DNA of 64,000 bases from the IMG/VR virus record IMGVR_UViG_3300030330_001955, positions 38,911 to 102,910 of that record. One strand, written 5' to 3'. The DNA comes from a virus. Taxonomy: Duplodnaviria > Caudoviricetes. The translations under genes were made by a program, and so were the position numbers. The notes beneath the pieces are model-generated. The model ran no database searches and was not told the origin of the DNA. It saw only the letters and a list, made by a program, of their open reading frames with translations. Position 1 is the first letter of the stretch. Each line of letters opens with the position of its first letter. Positions 1 to 8,260 of this stretch are shown here, one piece after another.

Positions 1-1139
1 GTGACGAAGGTGGAACAATAAGTTCCCGTGAAGTAATCACGAATTACAGGCACGCCTATGAACAATTAGAAGTTGTAAACCGAGCAGTCAACATGATAGT
101 GGACGACTCATCGGATATACCTTTTGATGTAGGCGAAACCCTAAAAGGACAAACTAGCATTTTTAAAAATGTTAGAAAATCGAAAGTAGATTTATTACTG
201 AATAGAGAACCAAATCCTTTTCAAGATATAAATACTTTCAAAAGAAATTTAGTAACAGATTTAATGCTTGATGGTAACATTTTTGTTTACTTTGATGGTG
301 CTCACTTGTACCATCTACCAGCAGACAGAGTTACAATCGAAAGTAATGAAAGAACTTACATAGAAAAGTTCACATATGACCACAGCATAGAATATTCTCC
401 TAGTGAGATTATTCACATAAAAGAAAATTCATTTAATTCCATTTATCGTGGAGTTCCTAGATTAAAACCCGCGTTCAGAACAATGCAACTATTGTTAAGT
501 ATGAGGCGTTTTCAAGATAACTTCTTCAAGAACGGAGCCGTACCAGGCTTAGTACTTAAATCACCAAACACTCTTTCTGAGAAAATTAAAGAAAGAATGT
601 TACAAGCATGGGTTGCCCGTTACAACCCACAATCTGGTGGTAGACGTCCTCTTTTCTTAGATGGCGGACTTGAAGTAGAAAACTTAACGGAAGTAAGCTT
701 CAAAGAGTTAGACTTTCAAGAGGCAATAAAGTCAAATGAAAGAATAATCCTAGAAGCAATGGGTATACCACCCATTATATTGGACGGTGGTAACAATGCG
801 AATATTCGCCCAAATCATCGACTATATTATTTAGAAACCATACTACCTATCACAAGAAAGATAGCGTATGCTTTCGAGAGGTTCTTCGGTTTTAAACTGA
901 ATGAAGATGTAAGCAATGTGCCTGCACTTCAGCCCGAACTAAAAGATCAGGCTTCTTATTACGCCACACTTGTAAATACGGGAATATTAACACCGAATGA
1001 GGCAAGGGAGGCGTTGAGATTTGAGAAGATTGACGGATTTGATCAACCGCGAGTTCCTGCAAATATCGCAGGTTCAGCCGCAAATCCAGAGGAAGGTGGC
1101 AGACCGCAAGAAACCCCACCCGCAGAGGAAGAATTATGA
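1..1139 (+). CDS. Portal protein (HK97/T5 pb7 type), 5' truncated
   Basis: Frame is open from nt 3 to the track ATG at 93. Motifs LMLDGNIF, FFKNGAVPG and GILTPNEAR are typical of HK97-family portals; first gene of the head module. Confidence 0.93.
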   Translation, partial: DEGGTISSREVITNYRHAYEQLEVVNRAVNMIVDDSSDIPFDVGETLKGQTSIFKNVRKSKVDLLLNREPNPFQDINTFKRNLVTDLMLDGNIFVYFDGAHLYHLPADRVTIESNERTYIEKFTYDHSIEYSPSEIIHIKENSFNSIYRGVPRLKPAFRTMQLLLSMRRFQDNFFKNGAVPGLVLKSPNTLSEKIKERMLQAWVARYNPQSGGRRPLFLDGGLEVENLTEVSFKELDFQEAIKSNERIILEAMGIPPIILDGGNNANIRPNHRLYYLETILPITRKIAYAFERFFGFKLNEDVSNVPALQPELKDQASYYATLVNTGILTPNEAREALRFEKIDGFDQPRVPANIAGSAANPEEGGRPQETPPAEEEL

Positions 1140-1387
1140 CAAAAAACATGATGCTAAAGGCTTTATCAGAATACATGGCAGCAAAGAATGTAGACTACGT
1201 AAGCCTATCAGATTATAAAGCGGACGAGAAAGCTCCTGTAAGGGACTATCTTTTAAGGAGAAAGTTTGGCTCTTGGAATAGAGTTGTTGCCGCTGCACTA
1301 CATAGATTTCCTGTGGAAGTCGAAGTAGCTCCTGCACCAAAACCTAAAGCTGCTAAAAAGGTTGAGGCAGAAGTTAAGGAGGAATAA
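1136..1387 (+). CDS. Small basic protein with homing-endonuclease-associated-repeat-like motif
   Basis: ATGA overlap with portal stop; RRKFGSWNRVVAAA motif; PAPKPKAAKK tail. Confidence 0.6.
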   Translation: MTKNMMLKALSEYMAAKNVDYVSLSDYKADEKAPVRDYLLRRKFGSWNRVVAAALHRFPVEVEVAPAPKPKAAKKVEAEVKEE

Positions 1388-1389
1388 CT

Positions 1390-3435
1390 ATGTCTGAGAA
1401 AATATTTCATTGGACAAACTCGTTCAAAATGCTTGGCGAAGACGACGACGGTGGACTAGACATCAAAGGAAGTGCTAGTACAAATGCTGTCGACAGAGCT
1501 GGCGATATAATTGAACATGATGCATGGACAAAAGGTGGATTAGAAAATTTTAAAAATAATCCAGTTATATTGTTTAATCACAACTATGACAGACCTATTG
1601 GTCGTGCAAAAGAACTTAGTGTTGGTGAAAACGGTTTAGATATTACAGCCCGTATTTCTAAATCCGCCAACGAAATAAAAGATCTTATTAAAGACGGCGT
1701 TCTTGGAGCCTTTAGTGTCGGTTTCAAGGTCAAGGACGCTGAATATATGACCGAAACCGACGGATATAAGATAAAGGACGCTGAACTGTTCGAAGTGTCA
1801 GTAGTTTCGGTTCCCTGTAACCAAAACGCTGTCTTCTCTATTGCGAAGTCATTTGACAATATGGAAGAGTACAACAAGTTTAAACAAGACTTTATTCAGA
1901 CTAACTCAATTGGAGCAGACGCTAAGATTGAGCAGTCAAGCGAGGCAATAGCCGACAAAACGGAGACGAAAATGTCAGAAGATGTAAAAACTCCTGAAGC
2001 AAGCCCTGAGTTCGACTTGGAAACATTCGCTAAAGAAGTTGCGGAAAAAACTGCCGCTTCCATCGCAATGAAACAAGCTGAGCAAAAAGCTGCTGAAGCA
2101 AAAGCACAAGCTGAAGCCGACGAAAAGGCACAAGCAGAAGCAGAAGCTAAGCAAGCTGAAGAGCAAGCTGAAATGGAAAAACAAAAGAAAATCGTTGCAA
2201 GTGGGTTGTCAGGTGCTGAGAAACTTATGGAAGACGTTGAAAAACGTGTCAATGAGAAGCATGAAGATTTAGAAACAGTTGTTAAATCTCTTGAAAAAGA
2301 ATTAGCAGAAAAATCTGAAGAAATTATGTCAATCAGAGAATCCAAAAGAATCTTTGCAGACAGAGGCAACAAAGACTGGAAAGAAGCATTTCAAGGAGAC
2401 ATTCTTGATGCTAAGATTCTAGGTCTTGCTACTGGTAAAGGTTACGAAACAGATTATGCAAAAGGCGTTATGCAAAAAGTGAACGAACATTCAGGTGTTC
2501 AAGTATCTTCTGCTGACTTCGAGCAAATCGTTTCAACAAACGTCGAAAGAGATATTCAAAACGAGCTAGTCTTGGCTCCTCTATTCAGAGAAATTCCAAT
2601 GACTTCAGCAAACATGATTATCCCAATCCTTCCAGATGCAGGTTACGCTGAGTTTGCTTCAGGGCAAACAGCAAGTGGTTCTTCACCACATGGTAACTTA
2701 GCTGAAAGAGGAGACACCTATGGTTCACCATTTGGTGGGGTTGATTTAACTGAAAGAACTCTTTCAACCAAAAAACTTATTTCACAATCATACTTAGGTA
2801 ATGAAACTGAAGAAGATGCAATCATGCCAATTCTACCGCTTATCAGAGAATCTATCGTTAGGTCTCATGCAAGAGCAATAGAAAATGCTATCTTAGCTGG
2901 TGATGATGCTGATGGTGCTTTCGGTACCTCAGGTGCTTCTTTCGAAGGTTTATTACACCTAGCAAGAAATGATTCAGACTTCACACAAAGTACAACTGCT
3001 TTCGCATCTGATACTTTGACAGCTGCTGAATTACTTTCAATGAGAAAGAACATGGGTAAATATGGTATTAACCCAGCAGATGTGGTTTATATCGTATCAC
3101 AAAGATCTTACTTTGAATTGCTAGAAGATGCTGAGTTCCAAGATGCTAACCTAGTTGGCGACATGGCAACTAAGCTATCTGGTGAAATCGGACAGGTATT
3201 CGGATCAAGAGTACTATTATGTGACGAATTCGCTACACCAGCAGTTGGTAAGTTCGCAGCAATAGCTGTTAACCCAATGAACTTCGTAATGCCTAGATTA
3301 AGAGGTGTTACAATCGAATCAGACTACGAAGTAGCTAACCAAAGACGAGTCCTAGTGGCTTCTCAAAGAATAGGTTTCACAGACCTAATCGATGGTGCAA
3401 CTTCTAAGTGGGGTTATATGTATAAAGCTAGCTAA
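1390..3435 (+). CDS. Fused prohead protease - coiled-coil scaffold - HK97-fold major capsid protein
   Basis: N-terminal HK97 protease motifs (DRAGDII, LFNHNYDRPIG, FSVGF, EVSVVSVPCN), Ala/Glu/Lys coiled coil, then T5 pb8-like capsid domain; SD aggagga upstream. Confidence 0.93.
   Translation: MSEKIFHWTNSFKMLGEDDDGGLDIKGSASTNAVDRAGDIIEHDAWTKGGLENFKNNPVILFNHNYDRPIGRAKELSVGENGLDITARISKSANEIKDLIKDGVLGAFSVGFKVKDAEYMTETDGYKIKDAELFEVSVVSVPCNQNAVFSIAKSFDNMEEYNKFKQDFIQTNSIGADAKIEQSSEAIADKTETKMSEDVKTPEASPEFDLETFAKEVAEKTAASIAMKQAEQKAAEAKAQAEADEKAQAEAEAKQAEEQAEMEKQKKIVASGLSGAEKLMEDVEKRVNEKHEDLETVVKSLEKELAEKSEEIMSIRESKRIFADRGNKDWKEAFQGDILDAKILGLATGKGYETDYAKGVMQKVNEHSGVQVSSADFEQIVSTNVERDIQNELVLAPLFREIPMTSANMIIPILPDAGYAEFASGQTASGSSPHGNLAERGDTYGSPFGGVDLTERTLSTKKLISQSYLGNETEEDAIMPILPLIRESIVRSHARAIENAILAGDDADGAFGTSGASFEGLLHLARNDSDFTQSTTAFASDTLTAAELLSMRKNMGKYGINPADVVYIVSQRSYFELLEDAEFQDANLVGDMATKLSGEIGQVFGSRVLLCDEFATPAVGKFAAIAVNPMNFVMPRLRGVTIESDYEVANQRRVLVASQRIGFTDLIDGATSKWGYMYKAS
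1962..1974 (+). promoter_or_regulatory. Putative internal RBS and in-frame start for scaffold-MCP
   Basis: GGAG at 1962-1965 and in-frame ATG at 1972, at the protease/scaffold boundary. Confidence 0.6.
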
Positions 3436-3449
3436 TAGTTAGTATACTA

Positions 3450-3481
3450 TGTAGTGGGAGTTCGCTCCCACTACAACTTTT
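3450..3481 (+). terminator. Intrinsic terminator / stabilising hairpin after MCP
   Basis: TGTAGTGGGAG-TTCG-CTCCCACTACA perfect 11-bp stem with UUCG loop, followed by ACTTTT. Confidence 0.8.
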
Positions 3482-3489
3482 AAAATATT

Positions 3490-4086
3490 ATGGCAGACTT
3501 AGTAACAGTAAATGAATATAAAGACGCAGAGGGAATGAGAGGCGAGAAAAATGACGACCGCCTAAATGTTATAGTTCCTCAAGTTTCTGAACTCGTAAAA
3601 AGATATTGCGGGACATCATTTATTGATTTCTTTTCTACTAATAAAGTTGAAACATTCAATATAAATGATCAGTATACCACGACAGTGATTTTAAGTGAAT
3701 GTCCAGTAGTTAGTATTAACAAAGTAGAAGAAAGGACTTCTTACTCAGAAGACTACAAAGAACTACTCACTAGTAATTATGAATATTACTTTGACTCTAC
3801 CGCAGATTCTATAATTAGAACTAATGATAACGGTGGAAAGAAACATTGGGCTCATGGCATGGGAGCAGTAAGAGTAACTTACAAAGCTGGCTACGCAGAG
3901 TGTCCAAAAGATTTACAACTTGCAATATTTGACTTAATTACATACTATGTAAAAGATGAGCATAAGCAAAGGCAGACTCTTGGTGGAGCAACTTTGCAAA
4001 ACCAGGGTACAGCAGGAGTTAGAAATAGTACTGACTTTCCTGACCATATAAAAAGAGTGCTTGATTTACATAGAGTAATTATATGA
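3490..4086 (+). CDS. Head-tail connector / head completion protein
   Basis: Follows MCP; VRVTYKAGY...P.DLQLA and FPDHIKRVLDL motifs; T5 p144 synteny. Confidence 0.8.
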   Translation: MADLVTVNEYKDAEGMRGEKNDDRLNVIVPQVSELVKRYCGTSFIDFFSTNKVETFNINDQYTTTVILSECPVVSINKVEERTSYSEDYKELLTSNYEYYFDSTADSIIRTNDNGGKKHWAHGMGAVRVTYKAGYAECPKDLQLAIFDLITYYVKDEHKQRQTLGGATLQNQGTAGVRNSTDFPDHIKRVLDLHRVII

Positions 4087-5630
4087 TTCAAGATGTAGAA
4101 AACTTTTTTAAACGAATGATGGAGAAATCCAACATTGATATGGCTAGAGCTCATTCTGATGCTACATATGAACATAAGTTCCTAATAAAACAAAAGAACT
4201 TAGTAAATATGATAGTCGACAGAGTTATACAAGCTAGACATGACGCAGGACTACCACCAGCTAGTAAGACTACAATTGCTAATATAGTAAAAACTAGTGT
4301 TTGGAACAAGGTGTATACTATACCCAATGTTAAAAGAGCCTTTAGAAGATACTATGGCTCTACTGGTAAAAGTGGTGGCATATTTGTTAGTAAAGGTGTC
4401 GGAGGTATGGTACAAGTAGTTTTCATGCGAGGTAAATACGCTGAAAAAGTAGCTACATCACGAGGTAACTTGATACCAAAGACTAACATGGCGATGCAAG
4501 ATTTATGGTTTGAAGCCATATCTGTTATTAAGACAGAAATGGGCAAGAGAAGAAACCTAGGATTAGATTTGGTAGGTAGCCAGGTTCCTGAAAGATTTAG
4601 GTCTCCACCTCATGCAGGTGCAAGACTTCATGGAGACACTTCTGCTAAAGGAGGCTTTCAAACTACGATTGCCAAACAAGTATTAGCAGAGGGTGGAGGA
4701 GAAGGAGCTGGTTTTGATGACGCTGTAAAAAACTTTGACAGAAACTTTAGGGAAGAGTATCCTGAAGATGGTTGGTTAATGGACCAAGCTGTAACTCAGA
4801 TATTTAATCCAATAAAGAAAAAGTATAACGTAAAAGATATACAAGACTTTACTTCAGCATCAGGAACTAGAGAGATTTCTGTTACTGTTGAATATGGAGA
4901 CGCTCGTTTAAATAGAGAAATGAACTGGGCAGATGCAGACGGAATAAAAAGAGCTGCAAAAGACGAAACAGACAAGTTTATAAAGTTTTTAGGGGCTAGT
5001 AAAGATGAGGTTGCAGAAGAAGGAGGAGCTTTACAAGGTTCCGATAGTTTTAATACTAAAGCAACAAAAATAGTACAAGGAAAACTTATTGAAAGTCTTC
5101 TAAAGGTAAAGGGAACAAGACCTGACTTTAGATTAAAAGTTAATAAAAAACTACTTGCACAAGCAAAAAAAGCAAAAGGCAAGAAAAGGGGTCAAGGTGG
5201 TTTTGATATAAATGAGGCAATTAAAACCGCAGTTGTTGCTAGTACTAAAGCTAAAACGCAAAAAGTACGAAAAGGTAGACCAAACTCAAATAAAAAAGGT
5301 GTATCAAGAACAATAGAAAGCCCAATAGCTTTGAGAAACATACTTAATGAAGCACTACCACAAATGGTAGCAAGTAAAATGACACCGCCAGCACTACAAT
5401 ATAGAACTGGTAGGTTTGCAAACTCAACTAGAATTGAGAATGTAAATATAGGTTCAAGAGGTGGATTGCATATAGACTATACTTATATGAGAAATCCTTA
5501 TGAAACTTTTGAGCCAGGTGGAAAACAGGGGAGTACTTTAAGAGACCCTCGAAAAATAATAGGAGCAAGTATTAGAGAACTTGCTATGGGAATACTGGGA
5601 AGACAGCCGACAACACTTAGGAGACAATAA
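4083..5630 (+). CDS. Neck / tail completion protein (T5 p143-like C-terminus)
   Basis: C-terminal L.YRTGRFA.S...YTYMRNPY.TFE...RDPR..I..SIRE motif; synteny. Confidence 0.65.
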   Translation: MIQDVENFFKRMMEKSNIDMARAHSDATYEHKFLIKQKNLVNMIVDRVIQARHDAGLPPASKTTIANIVKTSVWNKVYTIPNVKRAFRRYYGSTGKSGGIFVSKGVGGMVQVVFMRGKYAEKVATSRGNLIPKTNMAMQDLWFEAISVIKTEMGKRRNLGLDLVGSQVPERFRSPPHAGARLHGDTSAKGGFQTTIAKQVLAEGGGEGAGFDDAVKNFDRNFREEYPEDGWLMDQAVTQIFNPIKKKYNVKDIQDFTSASGTREISVTVEYGDARLNREMNWADADGIKRAAKDETDKFIKFLGASKDEVAEEGGALQGSDSFNTKATKIVQGKLIESLLKVKGTRPDFRLKVNKKLLAQAKKAKGKKRGQGGFDINEAIKTAVVASTKAKTQKVRKGRPNSNKKGVSRTIESPIALRNILNEALPQMVASKMTPPALQYRTGRFANSTRIENVNIGSRGGLHIDYTYMRNPYETFEPGGKQGSTLRDPRKIIGASIRELAMGILGRQPTTLRRQ

Positions 5631-6094
5631 TGGACTCAACTACAGCAAGAAAATATTCAACGCGTAGACGAGCCATAGTAGGAGCAATAGCCGAGAAACT
5701 AAACCAAAGTTTGGACGGCAATCCTCCTTTTAGAACAGCGGTTCAAAGCGTTGAGCCAAGACTTAGATTTTGGGACGAAGTCACAGACTTTCCCGCAATC
5801 CAAGTTGGAGCAGGACAAGAAACTCGCGAATATGAAGGTGGCGGGTTTCGATTTAGATTTTTACGAGTAACTGTTAGATGTTATATACATGATGAAGATG
5901 ATGTAATACTAGCATTAGAAGAGTTACTAGAAGATGTTGAAACTGTACTTGAAGATAACGATCCTTTAACGTATACAGATTCAACAGGTACGTCTCAAAC
6001 GACAGTAAAGACTACAATTCTTTCTGTGGATACAGACGAAGGTGTATTAGAACCTCTCGGTGTCGGAGAAGTCGTCGCAGAGATTCAATACTAG
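5630..6094 (+). CDS. Tail terminator protein (T5 p142-like)
   Basis: RLRFWDEV.DFP and TDEGVLEPLGVGE motifs; directly upstream of tail tube gene. Confidence 0.75.
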   Translation: MDSTTARKYSTRRRAIVGAIAEKLNQSLDGNPPFRTAVQSVEPRLRFWDEVTDFPAIQVGAGQETREYEGGGFRFRFLRVTVRCYIHDEDDVILALEELLEDVETVLEDNDPLTYTDSTGTSQTTVKTTILSVDTDEGVLEPLGVGEVVAEIQY

Positions 6095-6104
6095 AAAAAG
6101 TTAC

Positions 6105-6122
6105 GCCGAGTAAATACTTGGC
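6105..6122 (+). promoter_or_regulatory. Hairpin upstream of major tail gene
   Basis: GCCGAGT-AAAT-ACTTGGC stem in the intergenic gap before SD taggag. Confidence 0.4.
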
Positions 6123-6152
6123 AAAGCTCTTTCAGAGAGATAGGAGAATAAA

Positions 6153-7385
6153 ATGGCATTTCATTTTAGTAGAGATACCAAAGTATTCATGAAGTGGCAC
6201 GCTAGTGCTTCTGGTACAGATGATGCACTTTATGAAATACCAGTACTTGATGGGTTTTCTTTCAGTCAGGCTACAAACACTTCAGAGATTACTTTAAGTG
6301 AAGCAGCTGACGGAAGTAACCTAAATAGTAAAAGGGGTAGAGCTATGTTTAACGATTCTTACGCTCCAGCGGAGTGGAGTTTCAGTACATACATGAGACC
6401 GTCTACCTCAGACTCTAGTGATACTTATACTATCGCTGGTGGAGAAGGTTCTCACGCAGGTAACGAAAAGAAATTTGCAGTTGAAGGCCCATTATGGGGC
6501 GCTATGTCTGCTACTACTTATAATTTAGCAGTTGGCGGAACAGGAGCACCTACGTTGGCTTCTTTTGAACCAAACGTGTTTAACTTTCAAAACTCCAACA
6601 AAGTTGCATTAGGAGTATTTGACTTATTCTTTGTAATGGGAGCGGCTAAAGATGACGATGTTTCAACGTATGATACATCAGCAGGTGGAGACGTTACTAT
6701 TTACAAAATTTCAGATTGTTCAGTAGGCTCAGCATCTATTGACTTCGATATTGAAGGATTAGCACAAGTTAACTGGTCTGGACAGGGTAAACTCATTACT
6801 GAAGTTGCACAGCTAAATACAGCTGCTGGAGGAACAACAACAAAAGGTCTAATTAACGAAGGAATTAGTAGTACTAGCAACTTCGTTAGACAAAAATTAA
6901 CAAGTATGACGTTAGCATTTGATGCAAGTGCGTCAACAGGTACTGATGGGACACACCCAACATCATATAACTTGGTGTTAACAGGTGGAAACATCACTAT
7001 CGAAAACAATCTTACATATCTAACACCAGAAACTCTAGGTGTTGTTAATCAACCACTAGGGCATGTAATGGGTACTAGATCTGTAAGTGGTAACTTTACT
7101 TGTTACTTAAATACAGTAAATGATGGCTCAGCAGAATTGTTTGAGAACCTCATTGAAGCTACAGGACAGATATCTCCTGCGTTTGATTTAGACTTCCACA
7201 TTGGGGGAGCTGGACAAACACCAAGAGTAAGTGTATCTGTGCCTAAAGCACACCTTGAACTACCTACACATAGTATAGAAGATGTAGTAAGTTTAGATGT
7301 AGCCTTCCATGGCTTACCATCTGACCTCTCTTCTTCAACAGCAAGTAGTTCAGCAAATGAGATAAGTTTAACATACGTATCTTAA
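6153..7385 (+). CDS. Major tail tube protein (T5 pb6-like)
   Basis: SR.TKV, EIPVLDGFSFSQ, FNDS..PAEWSFSTY.RP and N.TYLTPE.LG.VN.P motifs. Confidence 0.88.
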   Translation: MAFHFSRDTKVFMKWHASASGTDDALYEIPVLDGFSFSQATNTSEITLSEAADGSNLNSKRGRAMFNDSYAPAEWSFSTYMRPSTSDSSDTYTIAGGEGSHAGNEKKFAVEGPLWGAMSATTYNLAVGGTGAPTLASFEPNVFNFQNSNKVALGVFDLFFVMGAAKDDDVSTYDTSAGGDVTIYKISDCSVGSASIDFDIEGLAQVNWSGQGKLITEVAQLNTAAGGTTTKGLINEGISSTSNFVRQKLTSMTLAFDASASTGTDGTHPTSYNLVLTGGNITIENNLTYLTPETLGVVNQPLGHVMGTRSVSGNFTCYLNTVNDGSAELFENLIEATGQISPAFDLDFHIGGAGQTPRVSVSVPKAHLELPTHSIEDVVSLDVAFHGLPSDLSSSTASSSANEISLTYVS

Positions 7386-7399
7386 TAATTTAACAATAT

Positions 7400-7419
7400 A
7401 GGGGCGGTTCGCCGCCCCT
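7400..7419 (+). terminator. GC-rich UUCG hairpin after tail tube gene (no U-tract)
   Basis: AGGGGCGG-TTCG-CCGCCCCT. Confidence 0.6.
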
Positions 7420-7439
7420 CCTTACAGGGACAGGAATAT

Positions 7440-7883
7440 ATGAACGACACAGTAAAACAACCAGTCAAAGCAGTCTCGTTAAAAAGTCTTATGACTCCAA
7501 GCAAAACTGTAGAATTTGACTATCCAGGTAGTGAAGGATTTAAAGTAAAACTTTGTTACTTGGCGAGAGAAGAACTCGTAAAATTAAGAGGACGTTGCGT
7601 TACTCAAAACTTTAATAGAAAAACAAGAAGTTATGAAGAAGTAATGGACGATGATAAGTTTTTAGAAGAGTACACCAAAGCAGTAATTAAAGGGTGGACA
7701 GGATTTAAACTTGCATATGCTAAGAATATGTTACTACTTGGAGATTTAACTCCAGAAGAGGAAGAAAAAGAACTAGACTTTACACAAGAGAATGTTGAAG
7801 TTCTTATGAAAAACTCTACTGATTTTGATAGTTGGGTAACGGAAATGGTAGGTGACCTCGAAAATTTTACACAGAGCAAGTAG
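7440..7883 (+). CDS. Tail assembly chaperone (gpG-like)
   Basis: Between tube and tape measure genes; VIKGWTG and FDSWVTE...LENF motifs. Confidence 0.8.
   Translation: MNDTVKQPVKAVSLKSLMTPSKTVEFDYPGSEGFKVKLCYLAREELVKLRGRCVTQNFNRKTRSYEEVMDDDKFLEEYTKAVIKGWTGFKLAYAKNMLLLGDLTPEEEEKELDFTQENVEVLMKNSTDFDSWVTEMVGDLENFTQSK
7862..7868 (+). promoter_or_regulatory. -1 ribosomal frameshift slippery site A AAT TTT
   Basis: X XXY YYZ heptamer in the correct phase; the -1 frame is open from here into the next ORF. Confidence 0.8.
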
Positions 7884-8260
7884 CGTGGGCTCTTGCTCTA
7901 ATTGAAAGATATTACTCAGATAACATAAGTTTAGATGCATATCTAATGATGTGCGAGCAATTAGGTCAAGAACCTAAACTAGAAGAAATGCCTCCAGAAA
8001 TGGGGGACTTTCCTTTAGAGATACAGGAGGCGTTTGTAGTTCACGCTATGCTTCCTGATAGATGGGACGGAATGAGTGGGTCATACATGGGAAAAGACTG
8101 GTCTGCTCTTGAAGCCTTATTAAAAATACAAGGCGTGGACGACAAAAAGACTGTTTGCTTTTTCTTAAAAAACATTGAAAGCTACTCGACGATGAGTATC
8201 AACGCAGAGCTTAAACGTAAGCAAGACGCCTCAGCAAGGCGAGCAAAAGCAAAAAGGTAA
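7862..8260 (+). CDS. Tail assembly chaperone C-terminal part (gpT-like), reached by -1 frameshift
   Basis: -1 frame reads KFYTEQVAWALALIERYYSDNISLDAYLMMCEQ... with no stop; no SD before the ATG at 7946. Confidence 0.75.
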   Translation, partial: KFYTEQVAWALALIERYYSDNISLDAYLMMCEQLGQEPKLEEMPPEMGDFPLEIQEAFVVHAMLPDRWDGMSGSYMGKDWSALEALLKIQGVDDKKTVCFFLKNIESYSTMSINAELKRKQDASARRAKAKR

